Assembly (NCBI GenBank): GCA_965223905.1
Contig: CBDCXV010000011.1
Span: 1,696,001 to 1,760,000, forward strand
From: Candidatus Latescibacterota bacterium
GTDB taxonomy: Bacteria > Latescibacterota > UBA2968 > UBA8231
DNA length: 64,000 nucleotides
Reading direction: 5' to 3'
The first letter of the stretch is position 1. Every line of letters starts with the position of its first letter. This document shows, piece by piece, positions 10,092-20,508 of the stretch. Under the pieces are notes generated by a model. The model saw only the letters and a list, made by a program, of their open reading frames with translations. It was not told where the DNA came from and ran no database searches. The position numbers and the translations under genes are program-made.

Positions 10092-11884
10092 TGATGAGAA
10101 TCCCGCTTCTGATTCTGCTGGTTGCCTCGGCGACCTTCCCGGTCGCTGTTCCGGCAAGAGTCGAAACCCTCAAATTCGGCGGGCCCGGGCGCAATTGGTC
10201 CGATCACGATCTCGTCATCCGCGGCTTGTTGACATCGGGCAATCGCCTGTCTCCCGTGGAGGTGGACAGCACCGATAACCTCTTGCCCGGCACCGGCGGA
10301 ACCGCCGTGACCTCGGTGACCGCGGCGGTGGACTCGAGATCCATCATGGCCGATCTCACCGACGGCGACTACGCAACCGGATGGCGGGTGTACGTCCACC
10401 CCAGGGGCGCAGAGCTCGAAATCGACCTGAGGGGAGTCTACTATCTGCAGCGCCTACGCCTGCTGCGCGGCACCGACCCGAACGAAAGCGAGACCTACAG
10501 GGATCTGGGCACCTTGTCCCTGCGGGGCTACGAACTGTACGTCAGCGACGGCGGGAGTTTTCGAGGTCCGGACCCTGTGTACTCCCTGCTCGCCGCCGAC
10601 CCCAATCACTCGGAAATAGAGCTGGATCTGCGGTTTCCCCTGCGGCGAATCCGGTTCCTCAAGTTCCGCAGCGTCGGGGATCACACCTTCGTCATGGGCG
10701 ACATGGAGATCTACGGCGTCGGCGTGACGCGTTCCGGCCGCTATGTGAGCGAAGTCATCGATCTGGGAGAAGCGGCCAATTTCGGACCGATCCAGGTCCA
10801 TTCCCGCATCGATCCCGCCGCCGGCCTGCGGCTGCGCACCAAGTCCGGAACCGCACTCGACGACTCCCTCTTCTTCCTGCCCACCGGTATTGCCGGGCAG
10901 GTGAAGGAAATCACCAGGGAGGAGGTACCGAAGAGTCAGCTGCGCTCGTTCCGCAGCTTCAGTGTAGTAAACACCCGGGATTGGAGCCGGTGGAGTCCCC
11001 CGTACACGGAGCTGCAGGGGCCGTTCGACTCGCCGGAGGCGAGGCGCTATGTGCAGTTCGATCTCAACTTCAGGTCGAGCGGGGTTCGCGACCGGGCCAT
11101 CGTCGACTCATTGGTTTTTCAGTACTCGATCCCGGTGCTCGCAGATTCCATTGTCGGCGAAATCTCGCCTGCGGAGGCCGTCCTCGGCGACACCACCGCT
11201 TTTACCTACCACCTGCGGCCGGTGCTTTCCTCTCGTCAACCTGGCTTCGATACCGTCTTCATCACAACCCCTTTCGAGGCCATCGCGACGGCGGTGCGCA
11301 TAGACGATGCCCAGGTCGAATTCGATTCTGCCTGGATTGCCACCTCGAACCAGCTCGCCGTCGTGTTAAAGGACGACCGGGTGGATGCCTCGGGCCAGGG
11401 GGTGGAAGTGGACTTCCTGTCACTGCTCACCGTGGCTGGCACCGAGTTTCGAGGCGAGGTGGGCGACAGCCGATCCGATTCGTTTCCGCAGCGCGTTATC
11501 GCCGGCGACGCCAGTGAAGCCGTGGACGGCGATGCCCTCGCAGTGAGGGCGGACGCCGAGGAGCCCCTCATCGCTCGTGTTCATCTTTCCTCTCCGGTTC
11601 TGACTCCGAACGGGGATGGGACGAACGATACAGTTAGCCTGCAGTACATTCTGCTGAAGGCGACGAGGAGCGTCAGGGCGAGAGCCACGGCGCACGATCT
11701 GGCGGGACAGCGAATCCGCCAGATATACGATGACCGGGATCTGTCCGGACCCAATACGTTGACATGGGACGGAAAGGACGACGCAGGGCGGCTCGCAGTT
11801 CCGGGTTTGTACCTGCTCCGGGTTGAAATCGAGACCGACGAAGGCGACATGAGATTCGTCCGCCTGGTCGCCGTGGCCTATTGA
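10091..11884 (+). CDS. Secreted protein, paralog of 8022-10091, with C-terminal FlgD-Ig/CHU_C-like domain
   Basis: Translationally coupled (TGATG), signal peptide, YVSEVIDLG, WSRWSPPY, LTPNGDGTND, WDGKDDAG..AVPGLY. Confidence 0.85.
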   Translation: MMRIPLLILLVASATFPVAVPARVETLKFGGPGRNWSDHDLVIRGLLTSGNRLSPVEVDSTDNLLPGTGGTAVTSVTAAVDSRSIMADLTDGDYATGWRVYVHPRGAELEIDLRGVYYLQRLRLLRGTDPNESETYRDLGTLSLRGYELYVSDGGSFRGPDPVYSLLAADPNHSEIELDLRFPLRRIRFLKFRSVGDHTFVMGDMEIYGVGVTRSGRYVSEVIDLGEAANFGPIQVHSRIDPAAGLRLRTKSGTALDDSLFFLPTGIAGQVKEITREEVPKSQLRSFRSFSVVNTRDWSRWSPPYTELQGPFDSPEARRYVQFDLNFRSSGVRDRAIVDSLVFQYSIPVLADSIVGEISPAEAVLGDTTAFTYHLRPVLSSRQPGFDTVFITTPFEAIATAVRIDDAQVEFDSAWIATSNQLAVVLKDDRVDASGQGVEVDFLSLLTVAGTEFRGEVGDSRSDSFPQRVIAGDASEAVDGDALAVRADAEEPLIARVHLSSPVLTPNGDGTNDTVSLQYILLKATRSVRARATAHDLAGQRIRQIYDDRDLSGPNTLTWDGKDDAGRLAVPGLYLLRVEIETDEGDMRFVRLVAVAY

Positions 11885-11899
11885 GAAAGAGAAAAGTCA

Positions 11900-14514
11900 T
11901 GCGCCACCTGACGATATGCGGATCCGTTTTGATCTTGATCACCTGCACGACCTCCGACCTGCTGGCGGCGACGCCGGGAAGGGAAAGGGGAGCCACTTCG
12001 CAGGTGCGGATCGAGGGATTCGACCCGCTCATTCCCACGCTGCGAAAATGGTACGTGCCCCAGGATCTCTTCTACTATTACCAGTGGGGCGGCTACAAAT
12101 ACACGAACTACGCCCGCAACACCTTCGAGCGTTACGTCAGTACCGAGCTTGAGGGCAGGGGAAAGTACGACATCTTCGGAAACTGGCTCACCCGCGGTTG
12201 GCAGATCTACGAATGGCGCCAGCAGCAGCCGCGCTCCTTTGGCAGCACGGTGCTCAAGGAAGCCCGGTACAACAACTGGTTCAGCAAGGTCATAGTGGCC
12301 TCGGATTCGAAGGGCCAGTACCATTCGGCCCTCACCATCGGAGACGAGATCCGCACCACCCTCACGCCACTGACCTTCAGTCGTGCCCGGTTCAACGGTG
12401 TCCAGTGGGATATCGCTTCCGACAAGTACAATTCGACGCTCTTGCTCTCGCGCGTCAGCCGGCCGATTCTCGCCGCGAGTGAAACCAGGCTCGACCCGCG
12501 CCAGGATTACACCAACCTGATCGGACTGCGGAGCACGGCCCAACTCGGGGACTTCGTCGAGCTCGGCGTCGCCTTCGTCAACACCCACTTCGGCTCCAGC
12601 CGCAGCGAATTCGCCGAGACATCGCTGGCCGGATTGCTGCCCGCCAAGCTGAACTCCGGCAACGTGACCGAAGTCATCATCCGTATTACCGACGATTCGC
12701 CCGGAGACGGTTCCGGTGCGCTGTATTTCTTCTCCGAGATGATCGTCGATGGGGAACCATCTGCAGTGGAACCGTTCGTCTCGGGGGGCCGCCTCAGGCG
12801 GGGCTTCCTGGAAGCCGTTGCGGAAGCCCCGATCGAGCTGAGGTTCCCGGTACCCGAGCCCCTGGGCGTCGAGAAAGTCCGCTTCGACCTCGTGCTGTCC
12901 AACGACTACCGGGTCGACGTCACCTCCAATCTGCAGGTAAACGCGGCGCTCCAGCCCATTTTTCTGCCGGTTACCCGTGCCAACGGCAACGTGCAGGACA
13001 ACACCAACCAGCGTCTGGTGAGCTTCCACTACGCTATACCGTCGGCCAACCAGATCGGCAGCCTGACCCTCGAGGTCGATGACGTGCTCGGGTTCCAGGT
13101 GCGCGGCGAATTCGCCAGAAACACCCAGTACTATCGATATCCGAACATCAATTTTGCCAAGTTGAGCGATCTGCATAAGAGCGACCGTACCGCGGACGCC
13201 TTCTTCCTCAACGTCACCAAGCGCAGCGGTCGATTTTTCGGGTACGGGGAAGCGTTTGGCATGGACCACGACTATTCGACCCGCGGGTATATCACGAACG
13301 CCTTGAATAACTTCGTCGACTACGAGGACTCCCGCAGGAATTGGTACGAGTACGTCGATGACAACGACGACCAGGATCGCGAAGTGGACTGGGCTCGAGC
13401 CGGTGGCGGCACAGCCGACATCAGCATCTTCCCAGGTCTCGACGAAAACAACGACCTGATTTCCGACTTCAACGAGAATCAGAATCTCACACCGGATTAC
13501 GACGAGCCGTTTCTGCGACACTATGTGGATCCACCAGAGTTCCTCTTCGGCGTGGACATGAACAACAACACGGTGGTAGATCGGTTTGAAAACGACGAGG
13601 AGCCGGACTACCCCTACAAGAAGGGCCACCAGGGCTACAACCTGTACGGAGGGGGGGAGATCTACCCCGGCCTCAACGTTACGATCGGCCGCTCTCGCGA
13701 ATGGCTCCCCGCAGGCAACGAGCGCAGCGAGATGTGGTACTCCCTCCTCACCCTGTCCCGGGATCACCCGCGCCTGGGTCGGGTCGAGCTGTTTCACATG
13801 CTCAAGTTTGTGACCGATGACATCGCGGATCCCGTGGTGCTGTGGATCCAGAGGCCCGGCTCGTCCGGAGGTCTCAGGCCCAAAAGCGATCCTTTGATCG
13901 CCGGGGACACCGTCGTAAATGAAGGCTTTGCAGGCCACACCTACGTGGCGGGCAACCTGACGGTGAGGAACAAGCTGCGCATCGATCACTTCCGTCAGCG
14001 GGGCGACGCCGCGGAGAAACTCGGCAACAGCCTTTTTCTCGGTCTGATCAACAAGGCGGATCGACCTTTCGAAGTCGGCGACGGCATCATCGTGACCCCG
14101 AGATGGAAGAGCATGTGGCGGCGGCGGACCCAGGGCCGGGAGTCGGATCTCGACAACAACTTCAGCCAGATCTTGTCGCTGAGCGGCATGTTCCCCTTGC
14201 TCAGCCACAGCAGCATCGAAGTGGGCGTGGAAGGTGTCCTCTTCTGGAACTCCGAACCGATCCCCGACCCCCTGCCGCCGGAGTATACCGACGACTTTGT
14301 CGGCAAGGTCTTCACCGCTCAGCATTCCAACCGCGTCGAGTACCTGGGATACGATATCATCGCCAACGTCGGGTTCCAGGTGAACGACATCAATTTCGAT
14401 ACTCTCACGGAACTCGATGTGAGCAATACCATCGCCTTCGTACAGGTCTTTGCGGGGCTCGAACAGGAGCGGCAGGGCGGCAGGCCAACCCAGCGCCGGG
14501 GGTATCTCTACTGA
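11900..14514 (+). CDS. Conserved large exported protein, putative outer-membrane beta-barrel with Asp-rich Ca-binding-like region
   Basis: Signal peptide, RKWYVP..YTNYAR, YVDDNDDQD, DENND.ISDFN, DMNNN..DRFEND, alternating beta-strand C-terminus VQVFAGLE. Paralog of 39914-42634. Confidence 0.75.
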
Positions 14515-15938
14515 ACGACTCCCGTCCCCAAAGAGGAATTACCCGCGAGCGGCTCCTCGGGCCGCTCGTAGCAGCCGCTGCGGCGCTGCTGTCAGCGGGG
14601 TGTGGCGGGAACACGGCTGATCAGCCACAGCGACCGCTCCCGCTCGCCCGCGTCGACACGGTCGAGATCACCGATGCGGACTTCGAGACGGCCCTGAAGA
14701 AGATGGAAGGGATGGACTCCTCGGCCTGGACCCTCCAGAAATGGCGAGCCCGGTTTCAGCTTCTCGTCGACAGGCAGCTATTGCTCCTGGAGGCCCGCAG
14801 GCGGAACCTGTACGACGACCCGGAGGTAGTGAGGGAGGTCGAGGCGTGGGAAACCTCCCGCCTGACCGACCTCCTCATCGAACTGGAGATGGGCGCCTCG
14901 CTTCAGTGGGGGGAAGAGGAGCTCGGGGAATTCTTTTCGCAATCCGGTGCGGGCCGCGAATTGCGCATTGGCCGCCTGATCTTCACAGACCGCACGGAGG
15001 CCGCCCTGGCCCTCGACCGGGCGCGCAACGGGATGAGCTACGCACAGCTCCACAGTCTCCATTCCACCCCCTCCGGGCACCCCGGTGCAGGGGGCGGCGA
15101 CCTGCGCTGGCTCAATCCGCTCACTGTGAGGGAACCGCGTCTTCTCTCCCTTTTTCAGCATGAGGTCGGAGCGGCCGAACTCATCGAGATCGAGGGGCGC
15201 TACCACCTGGTTGTCGCCCTCGAAGAGCGCACCGTGCCGCTGCAGGAGCGCCGCGGCCTCGCCGAACTTGCTATCGAACGGCAGAGACTCTTCGAAGCAA
15301 ACCTCGCGTACCTCGAATCGCTCATGAGAAAATACGAGGTGGTGCTCGACAGCTCGACTTTCGATCTGTTGCTGGCGGCGGGCGCACCCTCAGACGTGGA
15401 TCCCGGTTTGCCGCTGGTCCGCAGCACCCTCAGCGAGTGGACGGTCGGCGACTACCTCCGGCACCCGGCTGAGGAATTGGGGGTTTCCGACGCTGCGACC
15501 ACACTCGATTTGCGCATCCGACGCACCTACTTCCTGGATCGCCTCCTCGACAGGGAGGCCCGGGAAAAGGGCCTGCACACCCTCCTGGCGGAGCAGCGGC
15601 GAGCCGTGAGGGAACAGAAGGCGATCGACGCCATGTGGACCCGTGATGGTCTCAGCCAGGTTCCGGTGACGAGAGCGGAAATACAGGATCACTTCGAGCG
15701 CAACCGGGATCGTTACGCCGGGGAGCTGTTCGACCCCAGGGGACCGGCGCGGGTGCGGTCGAGGGTGATTCGCGACCTCAAGGAACAGCGAGCCGCCCCT
15801 CTGTTCGAGACCTACCTCGAGGACTTGCGAGCCAGGCACGAGCAGCTCGTGACAGTGGACGAGGACCGTTTTCACGCTTTCGTAGCGCGCAAGAGAAGAG
15901 AGAGCGACCCCGTCGGGCACGGCGGCGTCGATCGCTGA
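14511..15938 (+). CDS. Degenerate parvulin/SurA-like lipoprotein chaperone
   Basis: Lipobox LSAGC, LLVDRQLLLLEARRR, GGDLRWL, homologous to 5107-6798. Start uncertain (in-frame CTG overlapping the upstream stop). Confidence 0.7.
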   Translation: MNDSRPQRGITRERLLGPLVAAAAALLSAGCGGNTADQPQRPLPLARVDTVEITDADFETALKKMEGMDSSAWTLQKWRARFQLLVDRQLLLLEARRRNLYDDPEVVREVEAWETSRLTDLLIELEMGASLQWGEEELGEFFSQSGAGRELRIGRLIFTDRTEAALALDRARNGMSYAQLHSLHSTPSGHPGAGGGDLRWLNPLTVREPRLLSLFQHEVGAAELIEIEGRYHLVVALEERTVPLQERRGLAELAIERQRLFEANLAYLESLMRKYEVVLDSSTFDLLLAAGAPSDVDPGLPLVRSTLSEWTVGDYLRHPAEELGVSDAATTLDLRIRRTYFLDRLLDREAREKGLHTLLAEQRRAVREQKAIDAMWTRDGLSQVPVTRAEIQDHFERNRDRYAGELFDPRGPARVRSRVIRDLKEQRAAPLFETYLEDLRARHEQLVTVDEDRFHAFVARKRRESDPVGHGGVDR

Positions 15939-15962
15939 CGGCGGCGCTGCAGGAGAACGACC

Positions 15963-16739
15963 ATGGCTACGCGGATACATCAAAACCTGTTTCTCACGGC
16001 TCAGGCTGCCCTTCTGCTTGTATTTGGTTGCGGCTACCACTTGGTGCCAGGCCACTTCAAGCCTTTCGACGCCGAGATGCAGCCGGAGCCCGGAGCCGCG
16101 GCTGTGATCGAAGTCCACGACGACGGCACCGCCGCCTACATCCGCAACCGGCTCGAGATATCAGTCCGGCCAATGACCGACGAAGAGCTCAATCGCCAGT
16201 TCGGATCGTTCTCCAAAGATGGCGGCGGACCGGGGGGCGAGCTGCCGACGAACCCCATGACCCTGGGCGACTGGGAGGACCCGCGCTCCGGTCATCCTCC
16301 GCAGCGCTTCTCCATCTTCAAGGTCAGCGTCAAGAACTACGAATATCCCAAGGTGAAGCTCGATCCCCTGCTGGCGACCGTCGTATCCGACAACGGCCGC
16401 ACCTATCATCCGTGGGGAGATTTCGACATGGTGGAGTATTTCCGTCGCTTCGCAATCGGGTATACTGGCCTGGCCTATCAGCGCTTCATCGAACGCCAGG
16501 ATATGATAACCCGTACATCCTACCCCGCCGACGAATTCGTTTTTTCAGGCCAGACCGTCGAGGGCTTTCTCCTTTTCCCTCGCATACATGACGACGTCAG
16601 GGCAATAACCTTCCGTCTCCCCGGCGTGGGCACGAGGTACGACTTCCGCGACGAGCCCCTCGAATCCCTCGATCTCCGTTTTCGTTTCGAGCGCGACGTG
16701 CGCAAGGTGAAATCCCGCGAGCTGGTTTCACGGAAATAG
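15963..16739 (+). CDS. Hypothetical lipoprotein (DUF4352-like beta-sandwich?)
   Basis: RBS aggag, lipobox VFGC, FKVSVKN, GQTVEGFLLFP. Confidence 0.7.
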   Translation: MATRIHQNLFLTAQAALLLVFGCGYHLVPGHFKPFDAEMQPEPGAAAVIEVHDDGTAAYIRNRLEISVRPMTDEELNRQFGSFSKDGGGPGGELPTNPMTLGDWEDPRSGHPPQRFSIFKVSVKNYEYPKVKLDPLLATVVSDNGRTYHPWGDFDMVEYFRRFAIGYTGLAYQRFIERQDMITRTSYPADEFVFSGQTVEGFLLFPRIHDDVRAITFRLPGVGTRYDFRDEPLESLDLRFRFERDVRKVKSRELVSRK

Positions 16740-16787
16740 CTCTCTCTTCTTCTCTCCACCGCAGCGCCATTACCGGGGCACTCATCC

Positions 16788-18188
16788 ATGGACTACATCG
16801 ACGAAGTAGAGGCGTTCGACTGCGAACTCGTTGCTGATCTCAAGGCAGGCCAGGCGCGTATCCTGGAAGAGGGGCTGGCCGCCAATCTGGTCATTCGCGA
16901 TGTCCGCACCTGGCCCGTCATCATGCCCTGGACAGGCACGAAACGGTGGGACGAGTCCGCCGTCCATTTCTGCTTCGGGGAGTTCGAAACAGACCAGGGC
17001 CTGGTAGGCCTTTGCGACAGGGCTCCGGGCGATCTCGAAGCGCTGAAGGAACGAACTGTCGGCAGGAATCCGTTCGATCCGGCCATTCGAGCCGATCTGG
17101 GCTCGGCCTATTGGGACCTGGCGGGCAAGGTCGCCGGCAAGCCCTTGTTCCGCTACCTGCGCGACGTCTTCGAGCTCGAGGAGCCCGCGGTTCAGGGAGT
17201 ACCCGTCGACTACAGCCACATTCCCGTGGCGTCATACACGTGGGCTCGATTCCCGGACGTGAACGGCAAAAACCAGGTCACTTTCGACACCTACCCGCAG
17301 TACCTGCAGGAGTCGATCCGGGAGCACGGCTTTCAGGTCATCAAGCTGTCCGCGTGCGACTTCGAGCCGTTGCGCTACATCGAACTGGTTCACAACATCC
17401 GCGCCGCTCTTGGACCGGAGGTGGAGCTTCGCCTCGATCCCCACGCCTCCTGGAGCGAGTCCCAGGCCCTCAGGTTCATGCGAGGAGTGGAGGACTGTAA
17501 CCTCGAATGGATCGAGGAACCGGTGGGGGGCCGCTTCGAAAACATATGGCGCGCCGGACACCGGCTGCGCCGGATGACCAGCGTCCCCATCTCGTCCCAT
17601 GCCTGGTTGCCGCCCCTCGCCCAATCACCGGCCGCGGCCGGCCGCTACGTCGACGCCGCGCTCGACATACCGCTGAACCTGGAGGCGATGCGGCGCTACC
17701 AACCGGCCGACGTCTCCGCGCCCGACGCGAGTTGCGGCCCCCTGGCGCTCAAGCGTTTCTACGATACGGCGAGGTTCATGGGCATGGAGATCGGCATGCA
17801 CAGCGGCTACGAGCTGGGACCGGACACCGCCATTCGCCTCCACTTCGCCGCCTTTGCGTTTCCCTACTCCCTCAATCACCACATAAACTGGGGCGCCCCC
17901 CGGGCACCGTTCGCCCTCCACGCCCTGGATTCACACTACGACCAGTTCAGTGGAGACGTGATTCGCGGCGGCCATATGAAATACCGCCAGGGCATGCTCG
18001 AGGTTCCGAGCGGCCCCGGGCTCGGTGTCGAGCTGGACCCCGAGCTGCTGGAAGAGTACCGGCTCACGCCCGAAAAAGCCGAGCTGCACCGCCTTCACAT
18101 CGAAGCGGTCCGCGCCCGCCACATGGACGAACTGGGGTGGCGTCACAACCGCATGGGGTGGCACCGGCTTCTGAAAGAACCTGCTTGA
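16788..18188 (+). CDS. Enolase superfamily (mandelate racemase/glucarate dehydratase-like) protein
   Basis: AYWDLAGKVAGKPLF, RLDPH, WIEEP, GMHS, VPSGPGLGVELD. Confidence 0.85.
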   Translation: MDYIDEVEAFDCELVADLKAGQARILEEGLAANLVIRDVRTWPVIMPWTGTKRWDESAVHFCFGEFETDQGLVGLCDRAPGDLEALKERTVGRNPFDPAIRADLGSAYWDLAGKVAGKPLFRYLRDVFELEEPAVQGVPVDYSHIPVASYTWARFPDVNGKNQVTFDTYPQYLQESIREHGFQVIKLSACDFEPLRYIELVHNIRAALGPEVELRLDPHASWSESQALRFMRGVEDCNLEWIEEPVGGRFENIWRAGHRLRRMTSVPISSHAWLPPLAQSPAAAGRYVDAALDIPLNLEAMRRYQPADVSAPDASCGPLALKRFYDTARFMGMEIGMHSGYELGPDTAIRLHFAAFAFPYSLNHHINWGAPRAPFALHALDSHYDQFSGDVIRGGHMKYRQGMLEVPSGPGLGVELDPELLEEYRLTPEKAELHRLHIEAVRARHMDELGWRHNRMGWHRLLKEPA

Positions 18189-18226
18189 GGCTTCGCCTTT
18201 CTCCACGGTGCGCCATCGGATCGGCG

Positions 18227-20506
18227 GTGCACTCGTTTCTGTCTCCGTCCCGCCCGCTGGGTTCACTGGTACCGGCGTTGTTCACAGTCATATGGCTCGA
18301 TCTGTCACCCGTGTCCGAGGGATCCATTCCGGCTCACGCGGCGCCTCCTTCGGCGGCGGACGCGGCCTCCAGCCACGCGAGGATGGTGGACGCCCTGGAA
18401 GCGATCCGCCGGCACAGCCTCGAGAGCAATCCGTTTCTCGGCGAGGCAGAGGCGCGCCGATTGCGGTCTGAACTGGCGGCGCTTCCCGGGGCTGCGCCCC
18501 TGCAGAAGCGCGCCAACCTGCGCTACCGGCTCGGACTGGAGGAGCTCTTTCTCGGCAATGAACGCCAGGCTATCGATCTGCTCTCGAGCGCCCGCGCCCT
18601 GGTCTCCGCCTCGGCAGCGCATCCAGCCGGCGCTGCCGAACTCGCTTTTCGACTAGGCCTCGCCTATATGCGCATGGGCGAGACGCAGAACTGCTGCCTT
18701 CGCCATACCCCCGAAAGCTGCATTCTGCCCATCCAGGGCGACGGGATATACAAGGCGCAGGAAGAATCGAAGCGGGCGATCGAGTGCTTCACCGAGGTGC
18801 TCCACGCGGTGTCCGCGCACGAACCCCTGCATCTGCGCGCCCGCTGGCTGCTCAACATCGCGTACATGACGATCGGCCAATACCCGCACGATGTGCCCGA
18901 GCCCCACCTCATTCCTCCCGAAGCGTTCGAATCTGACCACCCTTTTCCCCGCTTCACCAACATTGCCCCTGTCCTGGGTCTCGACACCTTCAGTCTTTCC
19001 GGGGGAGCCGTGGCGGACGATTTCGACAACGACGGCTATCTCGATCTCCTCGTCTCGACCTGGGATACCTCGGGGCAGATCCGCTTCTTCCTGAATGAGC
19101 GCAACGGCGAATTCGCCGACCGCACCTCCCAGGCAGGGTTGCTGGGCATCTACGGCGGCCTCAACCTCGTCCAGGCCGACTACGACAACGACGGCAACCT
19201 CGATGCCCTCGTCCTCCGCGGAGCCTGGTGCGGCGAAGCCGGGCGGCATCCCAACTCCCTCCTGCGCAACCGCGGCGACGGCACTTTCACCGACATGGCG
19301 TTCGCCGCCGGACTGGCGGAGGTGTCCTACCCGACCCAGACCGCGGCCTGGGCGGACTACGACAACGACGGCGACCTCGATCTGTACGTCGGCAACGAGT
19401 CCACCGCCGAGCTGCTGGCGCCGGGTCAGCTGTTCCGCAATGCGGGTGACGGGACCTTCGTGGATGTCGCCGCGCCGGCCGGAGTCGAGAACTACTACCT
19501 CGCCAAGGCGGTGGTGTGGGGCGATTACGACGGCGACCGTTTCCCCGATCTGTACGTGTCCAACCTGAACGGGTTCAATCGGCTCTACCGCAACCAACGC
19601 GACGGCACCTTCGCGGACGTGGCCGGCGATCTCTCTGTCTCCGCTCCCCTGAGGAGCTTCCCCGCCTGGTTCTGGGACTTCGACAACGACGGCGTCCTCG
19701 ACCTGTACGTCTCCTCCTATGCCGCCGATATCGGTGCATTGGCGGCCGCGTACCTGGGTCGGCCCGTCGAGGTGGAGCTCGCCCATCTCTATCGTGGCGA
19801 TGGCCGCGGCGGCTTCGACGATGTCACCCGTCAACGCGGCCTGGTGCACCCGGCCTCGCCGATGGGATCGAACTTCGGCGACATCGACAACGACGGGTTT
19901 CTCGACTTCTACCTGGGAACGGGGGACGTCACCTACGAAAGCCTCATGCCGAACCTGCTCTACCACAACCGGGGAGGAGAGCGCTTTGCAGACGTCACCA
20001 CCGCGGGCGGGTTCGGACACCTTCAGAAGGGCCACGCCGTCGTATTTGCCGACTTCGACAACGACGGCGACCAGGACGTCTTCGAGCAGATGGGCGGCGC
20101 CTATCCCGGGGACAGGTTCGGGGACAGTCTGTACGAAAATCCGGGATTCGGCATGCATTGGATTGCGGTAAAGGTCGTCGGGGCGAGCTCGAATCGCTCC
20201 GCCATCGGGGCGCGGATCCGCGTCGAGGTGGTGGACGAAACCGGTCGCAAGCGCTCCATCTACAGACACGTCAACAGCGGTGGAACGTTTGGGGCCAATC
20301 CGCTGCGCCAGACCATCGGGCTGGGCAAGGCCGCTCGCATCGAGCGTTTGGAGGTGTTCTGGCCGAAGACGGGCAAGCGGCAGGCCTTCGCCAAAATGCC
20401 GATGGACTCCGCAGTCGAAATCGTGGAAGGAGAGGAACAATTCACCCTCCTGCCGCTCCGCCGGTACAGGCTCGGAGGGGCGCGCTCCCGAACGGAAGAC
20501 CTGTAG
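18227..20506 (+). CDS. CRTAC1-family protein (TPR-like N-terminus, FG-GAP repeats, ASPIC/UnbV C-terminus)
   Basis: Many D-[FY]-D-N-D-G repeats, GFGHLQKGH, SNRSAIGARI, IGLG..EVFWP. Start approximate. Confidence 0.9.
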   Translation: MHSFLSPSRPLGSLVPALFTVIWLDLSPVSEGSIPAHAAPPSAADAASSHARMVDALEAIRRHSLESNPFLGEAEARRLRSELAALPGAAPLQKRANLRYRLGLEELFLGNERQAIDLLSSARALVSASAAHPAGAAELAFRLGLAYMRMGETQNCCLRHTPESCILPIQGDGIYKAQEESKRAIECFTEVLHAVSAHEPLHLRARWLLNIAYMTIGQYPHDVPEPHLIPPEAFESDHPFPRFTNIAPVLGLDTFSLSGGAVADDFDNDGYLDLLVSTWDTSGQIRFFLNERNGEFADRTSQAGLLGIYGGLNLVQADYDNDGNLDALVLRGAWCGEAGRHPNSLLRNRGDGTFTDMAFAAGLAEVSYPTQTAAWADYDNDGDLDLYVGNESTAELLAPGQLFRNAGDGTFVDVAAPAGVENYYLAKAVVWGDYDGDRFPDLYVSNLNGFNRLYRNQRDGTFADVAGDLSVSAPLRSFPAWFWDFDNDGVLDLYVSSYAADIGALAAAYLGRPVEVELAHLYRGDGRGGFDDVTRQRGLVHPASPMGSNFGDIDNDGFLDFYLGTGDVTYESLMPNLLYHNRGGERFADVTTAGGFGHLQKGHAVVFADFDNDGDQDVFEQMGGAYPGDRFGDSLYENPGFGMHWIAVKVVGASSNRSAIGARIRVEVVDETGRKRSIYRHVNSGGTFGANPLRQTIGLGKAARIERLEVFWPKTGKRQAFAKMPMDSAVEIVEGEEQFTLLPLRRYRLGGARSRTEDL

Positions 20507-20508
20507 CC

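Noticed and set aside
11878-14325. Long antisense ORFs (also 39386-42247, 18653-20620, 5155-6750, 193-1566)
   Set aside because: Typical high-GC mirror frames opposite well-supported genes.
17507-18226. N-terminal 240 aa of the 999-aa ORF, and likewise the extensions of ORFs 19516 and 14103
   Set aside because: They overlap upstream genes in another frame; the real starts are downstream.
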